Assembly: GCA_965208835.1 (NCBI GenBank) | Contig: OZ242358.1 | Coordinates: forward strand, 1,344,001 to 1,408,000 | Direction: 5' to 3' | Length of the DNA stretch: 64,000 nt | Origin: Candidatus Latescibacterota bacterium | GTDB taxonomy: Bacteria > Latescibacterota > UBA2968 > GCA-2709665 | Shown: piece by piece, positions 1 through 10,400 of the stretch | Position numbering within the stretch: position 1 is the first letter of the stretch | Layout of the letters: each line of letters starts with the position of its first letter | Made by a program: the position numbers and the translations under genes | Notes under the pieces: model-generated | Databases searched by the model: none | The model's input: the letters and a program-made list of their open reading frames with translations, nothing else | What the model was told of the DNA's origin: nothing

Positions 1-738
1 GGAGAGCCCGCAGTCCGAAGCGGCGGCCAGTTCCCGTAGCGCCGTGGCAACGCCGCCCTCCGTGGGATCGTGCATCGCGTGCACCGGCGCGGTTTCGCAG
101 GCGATGCGCGCCTCCTCGAGAATACTGATCCCCGGAGTATGCAGGTATTCGCGTGCTGTTTTCAGGAGGGCGGCATCGAAGCCCCGGTCGCGCAGTTCGG
201 CTTCCTTTTCCCTCGCCAGAATGGCCGTGGCTTCGATCCCCAGCCCCCTGGTCAGCAGAATACGGTCGCCGGCCTGCAGGCCGCTGGACCGGACGAGGCG
301 CTCCCGGGAGACTTCGCCCAGCATCTGGCCCACGACGATCGGCCGATCCAGACCCGCGGTGATTTCGGTGTGGCCGCCGCACAGAGAGACACCGATTTTA
401 ACCGCGGCGCGTTGGAGCGAGTCGAAGATGGTTCGAACCAGCGTTTCGCTCGTCCGGCCTTCGGGCAGGAGGAGGGTGGCCAGGAACCAGCGGGGAACGG
501 CCCCCATCGTCGCGATATCGTTGGCGTTGACGTGGACCGCGTAGTGGCCGATTTCGTCCGTGGCAAAGGTGATCGGGTCGGTCTTCACGACCAGGCAGGT
601 GCCGCCAAAGTCAATAACGGCGGCGTCCTCGCCCACCTGCGGCCCGACCAGGATGCGCTCGTCTTCGGCGGTACATTCGCGCAGCAGGCCGGAGAGCATG
701 TCCAGCGGAAGTTTTCCGGGTGGCAGGAAGGCACACAT
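1..738 (-). CDS. AIR synthase-related (HypE/ThiL/PurM-like) protein, 3'-truncated by window edge
   Basis: Not in ORF track; manual translation from ATG at 738: MCAFLPPGKLP...GPQVGEDAAVID...KTDPITF...VNANDIATMGAVP...GGHTE...AMHDPTEGG; frame open to base 1. Confidence 0.85.
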   Translation of the reverse strand, partial: MCAFLPPGKLPLDMLSGLLRECTAEDERILVGPQVGEDAAVIDFGGTCLVVKTDPITFATDEIGHYAVHVNANDIATMGAVPRWFLATLLLPEGRTSETLVRTIFDSLQRAAVKIGVSLCGGHTEITAGLDRPIVVGQMLGEVSRERLVRSSGLQAGDRILLTRGLGIEATAILAREKEAELRDRGFDAALLKTAREYLHTPGISILEEARIACETAPVHAMHDPTEGGVATALRELAAASDCGLS

Positions 739-793
739 AGCCGTGACTTGAATGGGATGACAGGATACAGGGGCGCTCGATCCTTCGGAAATT

Positions 794-822
794 ACGATAG
801 GCCAATTGCGGGGGGATGTCAA
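794..822 (-). promoter_or_regulatory. sigma70-like promoter candidate
   Basis: Minus strand TTGACA-17 bp-TATCGT about 55 bp upstream of ATG at 738. Confidence 0.5.
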
Positions 823-931
823 CCACTTTGGGCGTTCATGTCGCGATCCGAAGTCGGTCGGATCACAGGCACATGAAACGGAAAAAACTATTCCGTGTGT
901 CCAGTAAACGTGGTCCAGCCCCGCATCGGGT

Positions 932-2008
932 TCAGGATTCAAACCAGGATCGAAGTTCGGACGTCCGGGGATCGTTGCAGAGGGGCGTCGAGAGGATTCG
1001 TCGCAGTTGCTCCAGGCGCGCCTCGGGGTTCCGCCACCTGTCCAGCAGCGGATGCCGGGGATCGGGCAGGGCATCGAGGAGAGACTGCGCAGCCAGGAGG
1101 TGAAAGACGAAATGGTGCCCGTCCAGCAGGACCGCAATCTGCTCGGGTGGCTCCTCGCGGTAATTCGAAGCAAGCGCGGCATATCGCCCGGTCAGAGCAG
1201 GCGTCAGCACGCTGACGGTCCCTCCGTCCGTCCGCCCGGCGCCGTGGGAGGTTGTGTATTGTGTGAGCCGGCGTTCGGGCCAGTCCCAGCCGATCTTGGA
1301 GAATTCGATGAAACGGAGCGATCGCGTGGCCGGGTTGATGACGATGTTGCGGGCGTGGTAGTCGGTTGGACCGGGTAGCGGCACTGCCTGGTCGAGGAAT
1401 AGGAGAAGCCCGGTGAGCCGATCTGTCATTGCAGGCAAACGCTTTCGACTCACGGATCGAGAAAGCCGGTCGGCGAGGCGCGGCAGGCCACCGACGAGAC
1501 CTCGGGTTGTTCGCCGCCACGTCCGGCGCAGATCCTGCGGGTAACACCCCGGAAAGGTACGCGGGGCGAAATCGTCGCCATGATCGTGAAACGTGGATTG
1601 AATTCGGGCAAAGCCATCGACGACCAGACGGCCGTAGGCTCCCGCAGCCCCCTCTTGGCAGACGTCGTCGAGCGTGCGGTCGCCGCACCACTCGAAAAAG
1701 ACCAGGTCGTGGTCACTGTCGGCAGCGTAAAGCCTCGGCACAGGCGCCCCGGAAAGGCGTGCGTGCGCGAGCTGTTCAACGGCCAGCAGGTCGTGAGGTT
1801 CTCCGCGTGCGAGGGGAGCGAAAGCGTGTTGTTTGGCAACGAGGAATGAACCGTCGACGAGGGCGACTATCCAGACGTTAGGGTGACCGGGGATGGGTCG
1901 GACATCTTCAACCGGGGACCCGCTGCCAGGGGTGGTGGGAGCGATCCGCCGGATGGCCTCGATCGTCGGTTCGGAGGAAGGTGCGCGCATGGATCGTGGA
2001 CGTGGCAC
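932..2008 (-). CDS. aminoglycoside phosphotransferase/kinase-like protein
   Basis: VAK lysine, VPRLY, FEW, catalytic-loop-like TDYHARNI and FIEFSKIGWDWP; start uncertain. Confidence 0.65.
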   Translation of the reverse strand: MPRPRSMRAPSSEPTIEAIRRIAPTTPGSGSPVEDVRPIPGHPNVWIVALVDGSFLVAKQHAFAPLARGEPHDLLAVEQLAHARLSGAPVPRLYAADSDHDLVFFEWCGDRTLDDVCQEGAAGAYGRLVVDGFARIQSTFHDHGDDFAPRTFPGCYPQDLRRTWRRTTRGLVGGLPRLADRLSRSVSRKRLPAMTDRLTGLLLFLDQAVPLPGPTDYHARNIVINPATRSLRFIEFSKIGWDWPERRLTQYTTSHGAGRTDGGTVSVLTPALTGRYAALASNYREEPPEQIAVLLDGHHFVFHLLAAQSLLDALPDPRHPLLDRWRNPEARLEQLRRILSTPLCNDPRTSELRSWFES

Positions 2009-3279
2009 TACTTCTCATGCATCTGCCGCTTTCGCAGCGTGAGGAATTCAGGGGCTTCTCGAATGCAGGAAACCAGGACGCCGAGGGAGCGCCTGAATGC
2101 GTTGAATCCGGTCCGGCGGATCTCGGCGGCGGCATCTCCCACGGTGTCGTAGCCGTCGTCCGTGGAGCCGAGACGCTCCCAGTTCCTGAAGAGCCGGCCC
2201 CACTCGCTTTCCAGAACATCCCGCATTCGTTTTCGGGCCAGAAACGGATACCAGAAGGTGTCGTGGTAGAGGACGCTGGCCAGGTAGGACCACGGCGCAA
2301 GGAAGGTCTTGAGAGACCACTCGACAGGCTTCTTGAGTGGTCCCCAATAGATCTTGTGCTGCATTCGGGATGCGAATGTCATTTTGCGGAAGGGACCCGC
2401 GAATTGCCAGTTTTCTTCGGCCGCGGAGGCATCACCCAAAATCCGGATCCCGCGCGGGTCGCCGCAACCCAGGCCCATGTCGTGGGCGAGCCGGATGTGT
2501 TTGATGGATAGCGGATCCATCCCCATCATCCTGGCGGCAACCGCATCGATGGCGACCTGGTCGGCGCTCGCAAGGATGACGTTTTTGGTATAGGGTATCA
2601 TGCATCGGGGACCGGGCCCGTCTCCGGCGAAAGTCCCGTCCATCACCGCGAATACGCCGGGATGGATTTCCTTCTGAATCATCAGCAGATCCACGAGGGT
2701 CTCGTGGATAACCGGATGTGTCCAGTGGCGTCGTTCGTTGAGCAGGCCGCCGAAGGCATTTTTCATTGCTCCGGTTGTGGTGGTAAAGACGTGCGTCTTT
2801 ACAGTGGGCAGGTGGACGATGTTTTCCCCGATCAGTCGGCGGGGAATATGGAAACCGTCGGGGTAGACCTGGTTCAGGCACAGGAACCGGTCCGCGAGAT
2901 TGCCCACCGCATCGCGTATGTGGATCCACTCCTCGCCTTCGTAGAGGTGGATGTTCCGCAGGCCGTGGGCGTTGACAACGTTGACCTGCTTGTTCTCCCG
3001 CTCACCCAGCCGGGCGTCGATGACGACCGTTCGGTTGTGGCAGGCGTGGATCAGGTCTTTGCGATAGCCGTCCCTTGCCATCGCGCGGATTACGCCTTCG
3101 AGTTGCCACGGGGTCGTGGAACTGCCCGGATAGAAAAAGTGCCATGAAATATTGACCTTGAGGGCGGTGTCGAGCTTCCTGTCCAGGACGTCCTGGTACC
3201 CCGCCAGGTTCAATAGCCTGTGATAGTCTCTCAAGACCGTTTCAGGTCTGGTTTTCAGAACGGCTACCTTGCTCTGCAT
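2008..3279 (-). CDS. DUF362 domain-containing protein
   Basis: LKVNISW, LPTVKTHVFTTTTGAMKNAFG, DGTFAGDGPGP, DQVAIDA motifs typical of DUF362. Confidence 0.8.
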   Translation of the reverse strand: MQSKVAVLKTRPETVLRDYHRLLNLAGYQDVLDRKLDTALKVNISWHFFYPGSSTTPWQLEGVIRAMARDGYRKDLIHACHNRTVVIDARLGERENKQVNVVNAHGLRNIHLYEGEEWIHIRDAVGNLADRFLCLNQVYPDGFHIPRRLIGENIVHLPTVKTHVFTTTTGAMKNAFGGLLNERRHWTHPVIHETLVDLLMIQKEIHPGVFAVMDGTFAGDGPGPRCMIPYTKNVILASADQVAIDAVAARMMGMDPLSIKHIRLAHDMGLGCGDPRGIRILGDASAAEENWQFAGPFRKMTFASRMQHKIYWGPLKKPVEWSLKTFLAPWSYLASVLYHDTFWYPFLARKRMRDVLESEWGRLFRNWERLGSTDDGYDTVGDAAAEIRRTGFNAFRRSLGVLVSCIREAPEFLTLRKRQMHEK

Positions 3280-3341
3280 AATGAGCGCTTTCGAGCGTTG
3301 CCGACCTGGGGATCGGCGCGGTAACGGTAGAAGGATACGGA

Positions 3342-4211
3342 TTACTTGAAATAGAGCAGGGTAAAGACGGCAAGAAACCAGAGGCCGCCGTTGATCATCA
3401 GCGACGGGTCGCCCAGAATGGTTGAGGATGGATTACCGCCCTGGTTCTTGGCATAGACCAGATAGAGATAGCGCAGAAGCCCGTAGATCACGAAGGGAAT
3501 GGTGAGATTGAGATGCGGCGTTCCGAGTTTCTGTGCGACGTCGGGTGACATGGTGTAGAGCGCGTACGAGACGAGAGCGCCGGCCGTGACGACGGCGATC
3601 ATCTGGTCCAGGAACCGCGGCGTGTACTCATCCAGAATGCGCCGGTGTTCAGCCGCGCCGGCTTCCAGGAGGATCAGTTCCTGCCGGCGTTTGACGAAAC
3701 CCATGAAGAGCGCCAGCAACACGGTGCAGAGGATGAGCCACGAGGAAATCTCCACGTTGATGACCAGTGCGCCCGCGATGGCTCGCAGCAGGTATCCGGA
3801 GGCGATGATCATCACGTCCAGGATGACAACGTGCTTCAAATGGAGCGAATAGGCGACGTTCATCAGCCCGTAGGCCAGCAGAACCCATCCGAGGGGGATG
3901 CTCAGCAGAAAAGCCAGCGGAAGCACGCAGAGGGCGATAACGATGGAGGCGGTCGTCGCTGCGCCAGGGCTCAACTGGCCCGAGGCTATCGGCCGGTTGC
4001 GCTTCTCGGGGTGACGGCGATCGGATTCGACGTCTCGAATGTCGTTCAGGAGGTAGACCGCGCTCGACATGAGGCAGAAGAGAGCGAACGCGCCGCCACT
4101 GCGCAAAAGGTAGCGCCCTTCGAGCAGGTGTGCTGAAAAGACCAGCGGGGCCAGAACGAACACGCTCTTTATCCACTGGTTGGGACGGAGGGATCGGAGA
4201 AGAGGACGCAT
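3342..4211 (-). CDS. decaprenyl-phosphate phosphoribosyltransferase (UbiA prenyltransferase family)
   Basis: LRPNQWIKS, YLLNDIRDVESDRRHPEKRNRPIASG, YSLHLKHVVILDV, KRRQE; multiple TM helices. Confidence 0.88.
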   Translation of the reverse strand: MRPLLRSLRPNQWIKSVFVLAPLVFSAHLLEGRYLLRSGGAFALFCLMSSAVYLLNDIRDVESDRRHPEKRNRPIASGQLSPGAATTASIVIALCVLPLAFLLSIPLGWVLLAYGLMNVAYSLHLKHVVILDVMIIASGYLLRAIAGALVINVEISSWLILCTVLLALFMGFVKRRQELILLEAGAAEHRRILDEYTPRFLDQMIAVVTAGALVSYALYTMSPDVAQKLGTPHLNLTIPFVIYGLLRYLYLVYAKNQGGNPSSTILGDPSLMINGGLWFLAVFTLLYFK

Positions 4212-4213
4212 AA

Positions 4214-4486
4214 AGAATACGAGACTGCGAAAAGACGAGAATACGAAAAGACGAGAATACGAAAAGACGAGAATACGAAAAGACGAAATGGCGAAACTAC
4301 GAAATGGCGAAACTACGAAAAGACGAAAGGCGAAAGACGAAAGACGAAACTGCGAATGACGCGAATGACGCGAATAAACGAAAGACGAGACTACGAGACT
4401 GCGAATAGACGAGACTACGAAAAGACGAAAGACGAAAGACGAAACTGCGAATGAACGAAACTGCGAATGAACGAGACTACGAAAAG
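4214..4486. repeat. degenerate tandem array of CGA-anchored 7-8 bp units
   Basis: Units CGAAAAGA, CGAGAATA, CGAAACTA/G, CGAAAGA, CGAGACTA, CGAATGAA repeated for about 270 bp; strongly purine-biased. Confidence 0.9.
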
Positions 4487-4580
4487 TCAGTGGCTGAAAT
4501 CAAATCCTTGGGAAGGGGCGCGAAAACGGGGATCGATCTGCTGCAGATTCGATCCCCGATCGGTACCAGGGCTACACGAT

Positions 4581-7500
4581 TCAGATTGTCAGGCCGAAGT
4601 AGATCCGGTTCTTGTCAATCTCGCGGCCCAGTATGGTATCGCGGGTGGGAAAGGCGATCTGGAAATAACCATAAAGGGGGATTCGGTAGTGTGTGAACAT
4701 CTGCATGCGGAGTTCGAAGCCCCAGTCGGTCAGAAAAGCGGAGCGCTTGAACCTGTCTTCAGAGTCGAGCCAGACGCGGAGGCTCTCGAAATTCCCGGCG
4801 GCGCCGGTTTCCACAAAGAGAGTCCCGTAGATTTTGTCGAAATGGAAGGGCGGCAGTTCCCTGGCAGCATGCCTGAATATTGGAAACGTGAGGCTGGCTC
4901 TCGCGAGCACGGCTTTTCCGCCGGATGTGGAGAAATACGGATACCCTCTGAGCGTGCCGAGTCCGCCCAGGTAATACCTCAGGGGATAGTAGAACACGCC
5001 CTCTGCGGAACTGGTGTTCTCCTGGACGTCCTTTATGGGCTTGTCCTTGTAGGCGAGGAATCCCTGCAGCGCCAGTGTGGCTCTTCCGGGCAAACCGATG
5101 AATTCATTCCAGGACACGATGTACTCGTTGATGCCCAGCTTGGTCGGGTCCGACATGTAGGTCGGGGCGGCAACGCCGTCCTGATTCAGCTGAGACCTGA
5201 AAAGCGAGTCGGTAACAGAGGCGTTGATACGCCGGTACCTCAGGGTGATCGCCCTGCCCCGGGACGGATTTACGAACATGTCCTTTGCGGGCAGGAAATT
5301 GAAATAACGCCAGCCGACCGTGAGATCGTTGCTCTTGAAGAAGCTGAGGTCACGATACAGAAAATCATCGAAGACGACCTCATCTTCGCCCAGGCCTGGA
5401 ATCTGGTCGGTTATGTCGGTGACGACGCCCTGTCTGTTCTGGACCAGTCTCGTGCTGTCCAGTATGACCTGTTTCGTGTGGGTGCTCTCCTTGTACCGCC
5501 TGTGGCCCCAGGTCATCGAAAGCACCTGACGCCTGCCGATGCTGGCTTCAACGCCCACCACAAAATCGCTGAAGATGTTCTTGTACTTGTCTTCCTGGGT
5601 GAGGGAGAGGTTGGTGAAACTGGTCACACCGGGCACCAGCCGGAGTGTGTCGTCGATCACGATCTGCAATGTGCCAGAGGTGGTGTCCCTTCGGGAATCC
5701 ACAATGCCTCGATCTATCTGGCTGTTGATGGTCTGTTGACTGGCGCCAATAAAGAACCTGGGCGCGTACGTCCGGTCTTCGGTATGAACCGCCGGCAGGC
5801 CCTTCGTGTAGAACGTGGAAAAGTTCGAGTTCAGATCCACGCCTTTTTTCAGATTCTTGCCAACGGTAAAGCCAGCGTAGATATTGTCGCTACCCAGGAG
5901 GTCTCCCCAGGCGGCTTCGGCGCCCGCGCTCAGCTGGTCCAGGCCGAAGCGATTGCCGATAAAGGTCGGTCCCAGTACCAGGATGGGCACGACGCCGATG
6001 GAGGCCAGTCGAGGAGCGTACCGGCCGGTATTGAACAGGTCCCCGACTTTCTTGCCGTTGTAGATGCTGCTGTAGTCCCGCACCAGGGAATCGGCCGCAG
6101 CGGCCGCAGCGGCGTCGGACTTCCGGATGCGGTAGATGTTGTAATTCGCGGCGTGGTAACCCGAATAGAGGATTTCGTCGCCATCGGGAGAAATCGAGGG
6201 CGAGAAGGCGCCTCCGATGACGTTCGTGAGTTGTTCCTGCCTCCCCGACGCCAGGTCAAGGGTGTAGATGTTGAAGATGCCGGTCCGGTCCGAGGCATAC
6301 ACAATGCCTTCGCCGCCGGGCAGCCAGACCGCATCGCGTTCATCGGCCCGTGTATTGATGATCACTTCGAAGCCCGCGTTGTTGGCGTAGGCCAGACTGT
6401 CGGGAAACGCGACCATGCTGTCCCTCTGTGCGGCCTCGGCCAGCGCGAGACTGTCTGCCTCAGCCTGGGCGCTGTCCACCTCGGTCTCGGATTTCTTCCT
6501 TTGGGCGATGCGTTCGGCCAGCTCCTCCTTCTCGGTCTTCTTCGTGTCGGTCTTCTTTGGCCTCGGCGTGGCATCCGTATTGATTAGGGCAATATCCCGG
6601 TCTTTCCCTCGAAAAATGCCGAACAGAAGTCTACTGCCGTCCTCCGTCCACCTGGGCGTGTAATATTGCGTTCCGTTGTTGTTGTTTGTCAGATAGCGGA
6701 TGTCCGTGCCGTCGATGTTCACGATGCCCAGGTTGGACGTCCCGTCCCGGTTGCCCACGAACGCGATTTCCCTGCCGTCCGGAGACACGGCAGGGTCTCT
6801 TCCTCGCAGCCCGACGGTGACCCTGCGTTCCTTGCGGGAGGTGAGATCGTATATGAAGATGTCCCAGTTGCCCCCGACGGATTTGCTGTATACCAGGCTG
6901 TTGCCATCGGGTGTCCAGGAGAAGGGCAGGTTGACGTATTTCCCGTACTTCCGGCTTCTCGCCACCTTTGTCAATCTTCGTGTGGCCAGGTCCATCACGA
7001 GCATTTCCATGATCGCGTAGTCGCTGCCCTCGTTGCTGATGAACGCCATTTTCGTGCCGTCGGGCGAGTAGGTGGGAAAGTGCTCCACGTCGCCCCGGTC
7101 GGAAAGCAGTTCGCCCTCACGCTCTCCGGCAGCGCGGATGGAGTCCGCAAGGGCGCCGTATTTGCGATCGAGATGCGCGGTCCATTCGTCATAAAGATCG
7201 GGCGCCGAGATACCCGTGCTCTTCTTGACGGCGGATTTGAAGTTGACGATCGGCCGGTGGCGGGACATGGCTCGCACGGAATCCGGACCGTAGGTGTCGG
7301 CCAGGTAGTTCAGAAATGCATAGCCCTGGTTGTAGACCTGTTCAGACTTGAAGCCGTCTTTGCCGAAGACGTTCATGTCGGTATATGAAAGCAGGTCGTC
7401 TTCGAGCGCGGCCATCCGCAGGATCATATCCCGGTGGGTGTCCCAGAGGTCACCTCCGTACTCCTCGGCTTCGAATTGTGCGATACCTTCGGCGTACCAG

Positions 7501-8147
7501 TTCGGCATCGCCGAGTGGTAGAGCGGCAGAAAGAAGCCGAAGTCCGGGTTCTGGTTGGAGCGGCTGCTGCCGAGAAGGCCGAATACGAAGGGCATGCTGT
7601 TGTGGGAGGCCTTGAGCGTGATGTGGTGGGTGAGTTCGTGGGTAAAAACGTCGCGCACCCAGTCGTGGGTGCCTCGCGAGTCCCAGTTGAGGGGCGTGGA
7701 ACCGAACGAGATGAGATTTCCAAGGTAGAAGGAGAAGGCATTTCCCAGAATGTCAATATCGGAAACGACCACGTGAATCGGGGCGTAGCGTTCTATGGAA
7801 CCCGGGTAATGGCGGGATATCTTCTCGAAAGTGTCGTCCGCAATCTCAGCGATACGACGGGCGGTATTCTCCGCTTCGGCATAGTAGATGGCGAAGTACT
7901 TCGTGCGGATTGCCCGTGCGCCCGGCACGTGCAGGCCTAGCAGGGAAGGGAAGAAATGACGCTCGTGCCGCTCCCATGTATAATCGGGCATGGTGCGGTT
8001 CAACGGCACATCGGCAATGTCCACTGTGGGGCCGTGTTTGAATTTTCTGGGAAACTGCTGGGCGTCGGAAGGGGACGGCGCGCCGGACGAAATGGCGATT
8101 AGTACAGCGCCGAAGAGGCTGATGGACAGGATCGTGGATCGGTTCAC
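4581..8147 (-). CDS. outer-membrane multi-domain protein: gluzincin metallopeptidase + PD40/TolB-like propeller + BamA/TamA-like barrel
   Basis: GTG at 8147 after AGGAG; signal peptide; HELTH and WYAEGIAQ; repeated P-x-[YWVI]-[ST]-PDG motifs; C-terminal YLGGLGTLRGY and terminal IYFGLTI. Confidence 0.8.
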   Translation of the reverse strand: MNRSTILSISLFGAVLIAISSGAPSPSDAQQFPRKFKHGPTVDIADVPLNRTMPDYTWERHERHFFPSLLGLHVPGARAIRTKYFAIYYAEAENTARRIAEIADDTFEKISRHYPGSIERYAPIHVVVSDIDILGNAFSFYLGNLISFGSTPLNWDSRGTHDWVRDVFTHELTHHITLKASHNSMPFVFGLLGSSRSNQNPDFGFFLPLYHSAMPNWYAEGIAQFEAEEYGGDLWDTHRDMILRMAALEDDLLSYTDMNVFGKDGFKSEQVYNQGYAFLNYLADTYGPDSVRAMSRHRPIVNFKSAVKKSTGISAPDLYDEWTAHLDRKYGALADSIRAAGEREGELLSDRGDVEHFPTYSPDGTKMAFISNEGSDYAIMEMLVMDLATRRLTKVARSRKYGKYVNLPFSWTPDGNSLVYSKSVGGNWDIFIYDLTSRKERRVTVGLRGRDPAVSPDGREIAFVGNRDGTSNLGIVNIDGTDIRYLTNNNNGTQYYTPRWTEDGSRLLFGIFRGKDRDIALINTDATPRPKKTDTKKTEKEELAERIAQRKKSETEVDSAQAEADSLALAEAAQRDSMVAFPDSLAYANNAGFEVIINTRADERDAVWLPGGEGIVYASDRTGIFNIYTLDLASGRQEQLTNVIGGAFSPSISPDGDEILYSGYHAANYNIYRIRKSDAAAAAAADSLVRDYSSIYNGKKVGDLFNTGRYAPRLASIGVVPILVLGPTFIGNRFGLDQLSAGAEAAWGDLLGSDNIYAGFTVGKNLKKGVDLNSNFSTFYTKGLPAVHTEDRTYAPRFFIGASQQTINSQIDRGIVDSRRDTTSGTLQIVIDDTLRLVPGVTSFTNLSLTQEDKYKNIFSDFVVGVEASIGRRQVLSMTWGHRRYKESTHTKQVILDSTRLVQNRQGVVTDITDQIPGLGEDEVVFDDFLYRDLSFFKSNDLTVGWRYFNFLPAKDMFVNPSRGRAITLRYRRINASVTDSLFRSQLNQDGVAAPTYMSDPTKLGINEYIVSWNEFIGLPGRATLALQGFLAYKDKPIKDVQENTSSAEGVFYYPLRYYLGGLGTLRGYPYFSTSGGKAVLARASLTFPIFRHAARELPPFHFDKIYGTLFVETGAAGNFESLRVWLDSEDRFKRSAFLTDWGFELRMQMFTHYRIPLYGYFQIAFPTRDTILGREIDKNRIYFGLTI

Positions 8148-8305
8148 GTGCTTCTCCTGGACTTCGGGTGTTGGATTGGGCGGCTGCCGGGCGCTTGTAC
8201 GACGCGCATGGGGACAGGTCGACAATCCCGTCTGGCCCGCACCGGCCGCGGTTCGGCTATAAAAGTATACAATTAGACTTGCGAAGACAACGAACAGTTC
8301 CAATT

Positions 8306-9295
8306 TCACGCCGATGGGAGGTGCTGCCGTGTCCGCAGTATACAGGCGACGCTGTGGTTTGCGTCGATTTCGAGCAGTTCAGGCACGATTTTCGTGCAAG
8401 CGTCTTCCCGTTCGGGGCAGCGCGGATGAAACGGGCAGCCTGGAGGGACGTTGGCCGGGCTTGGGACGTCGCCCGTGAGTACCGTGCGTTGCTTCCTGAC
8501 ACGCGGGTCCGGCTCGGGAACGGCCGATAGCAGGGCACGGGTATAAGGGTGCTGGGGATCGCTGCAGAGGGTGCGGCTTTCCGCGATTTCCACGATACGT
8601 CCGAGGTACATCACCGCGATGCGGTTGGAGATATGTTTGACAACGCTCAGGTCGTGCGCGACGAAGAGGAAGGTAAGGCCGAACCGGCTCTGAAGATCCT
8701 GAAGAAGATTGATGATCTGCGCCTGGATCGACACGTCCAATGCCGAAACGGGTTCGTCCGCAACGATGAATTCCGGATTCACGGCCAGCGCCCGCGAAAT
8801 GCCGATACGCTGGCGCTGCCCCCCGCTGAATTCGTGGGGATACCGGCGGGCATAGTCCGGCCGGAGACCCACGGTTTCCAGGAGTTCCGCCACGCGTTCC
8901 CGCGTGTCGCTGCCGTCCGTGAGCTTGTGGATTTTCAGTGCTTCGGCCAGCATGCCCCCCACTGTCATGCGGGGGTTCAGCGAACTGTAGGGGTCCTGGA
9001 AGATGATCTGCATGCGGCGTCGAACGGCCCGGAGTTCAGAGCGCTTCAGGTCGAAGACGTCGGTGCCGTTGAACAGAACGCGGCCCGCCGTAGCCTCGAT
9101 CAGCCTGAGGATGCTCCTCCCCGCGGTTGTCTTGCCGCACCCGGACTCCCCCACGAGACCCAGGGTTTCTCCCCGGTGCAGGGTGAAAGAGACTCCGTCC
9201 ACGGCTCTTACGTAGCCGACGGTCCGGGAGAATACCCCGCGGGTGATTGGGAAGTGTTTCTTCAGCCCATGGACTTCGAGCAGTGGTCTGGACAT
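8306..9295 (-). CDS. oppF: oligopeptide ABC transporter ATP-binding subunit
   Basis: [40 protein letters not shown]. Confidence 0.92.
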   Translation of the reverse strand: MSRPLLEVHGLKKHFPITRGVFSRTVGYVRAVDGVSFTLHRGETLGLVGESGCGKTTAGRSILRLIEATAGRVLFNGTDVFDLKRSELRAVRRRMQIIFQDPYSSLNPRMTVGGMLAEALKIHKLTDGSDTRERVAELLETVGLRPDYARRYPHEFSGGQRQRIGISRALAVNPEFIVADEPVSALDVSIQAQIINLLQDLQSRFGLTFLFVAHDLSVVKHISNRIAVMYLGRIVEIAESRTLCSDPQHPYTRALLSAVPEPDPRVRKQRTVLTGDVPSPANVPPGCPFHPRCPEREDACTKIVPELLEIDANHSVACILRTRQHLPSA

Positions 9296-9296
9296 G

Positions 9297-10295
9297 TCAA
9301 TCCGATCGCGTCACGGGAGATGGGTAATCTTCGACCATCCAGCAGGCGACGAAGCGTCCGCCCGAGGTCGGTTCGAGGCGCGGCTCGTCCGCTTCACATA
9401 CATCCTCCGCCAATGAACACCGGGGCGCGAACCGGCATCCGGCGGGAAAACGGGTCGCATCGGGCACGGTCCCCGGAATTACGGACAGCCGGCCTTTCTC
9501 TTCATTGAGCGTGGGTATGGACTCCAGCAATCCTCTGGTGTAGGGGTGCTGCGGGTTGGCGAATATCTCATCCACCGTTCCGGTTTCCACGATCTTTCCG
9601 GCATACATGACCGCCACGCGGTCTGCGACCTCCGCAATAACGCCAAGATCGTGGGTAATCATCAGGACGGCCATTCCCAGTTCCCTCTGAAGCCGGTCCA
9701 GAAGTTCAAGTATCTGGGCTTGAATGGTCACATCCAGCGCCGTCGTCGGTTCGTCGGCGATGAGGAGTTCCGGATTGCAGCACAGGGCCATTGCGATCAT
9801 CACCCGCTGGCGCATGCCGCCGGAAAGCTGGTGAGGATACTCGTTTGCCCGCTGTTCAGGATCCGGAATGCCGACCAGATTGAGCATGTCAACCGTTATG
9901 GCCCGGGCGGCGTCCCTGCCGAGACCCTGGTGGAGCATAACGGCTTCGTCAATCTGGTCTCCGCAGGTGAATACGGGATTAAGGCTGGTCATCGGCTCCT
10001 GGAAAATCATCGCGATGTCGTTGCCCCGCACACCCTGAAGGGCCGCTTCGTCCAGGCTCAGCAGATTGCGTCCGTTGAACCGGATCTCTCCTGAGACGAT
10101 CTCCCCCGGCGGTTCGGGTACCAGTCGCATTACGGACAGAGACGTGACGCTCTTGCCGCAACCGGACTCTCCCACCAGACCCAGAGTTTCGCCCTTCTTG
10201 AGGGTGAAGGAGACCCCGTCCACGGCCCTGGCGACCCCGCCGTCCGTATGGAAGAACGTCTTCAGATCTCTGACAGTTAGCAGTGGTTCCGACAT
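9297..10295 (-). CDS. oppD: oligopeptide ABC transporter ATP-binding subunit
   Basis: [35 protein letters not shown]; start reassigned to MSEPLL. Confidence 0.92.
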   Translation of the reverse strand: MSEPLLTVRDLKTFFHTDGGVARAVDGVSFTLKKGETLGLVGESGCGKSVTSLSVMRLVPEPPGEIVSGEIRFNGRNLLSLDEAALQGVRGNDIAMIFQEPMTSLNPVFTCGDQIDEAVMLHQGLGRDAARAITVDMLNLVGIPDPEQRANEYPHQLSGGMRQRVMIAMALCCNPELLIADEPTTALDVTIQAQILELLDRLQRELGMAVLMITHDLGVIAEVADRVAVMYAGKIVETGTVDEIFANPQHPYTRGLLESIPTLNEEKGRLSVIPGTVPDATRFPAGCRFAPRCSLAEDVCEADEPRLEPTSGGRFVACWMVEDYPSPVTRSD

Positions 10296-10400
10296 AGATC
10301 CACCATCTGTTGAAAATGCAACCGTCACGGATACCGTGCGAACCTCAAGCTCCATGCTGGAGAACGGCGTCCCGATGATTTCCTGACCGCCACCTGCGGG

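Noticed and set aside
4214-4486. Possible CRISPR array
   Set aside because: Units are 7-8 bp with no unique spacers, and there are no cas genes.
4467-6587. 706 aa plus-strand ORF
   Set aside because: Antisense shadow of the peptidase/PD40/barrel gene; no motifs; typical of high-GC DNA.
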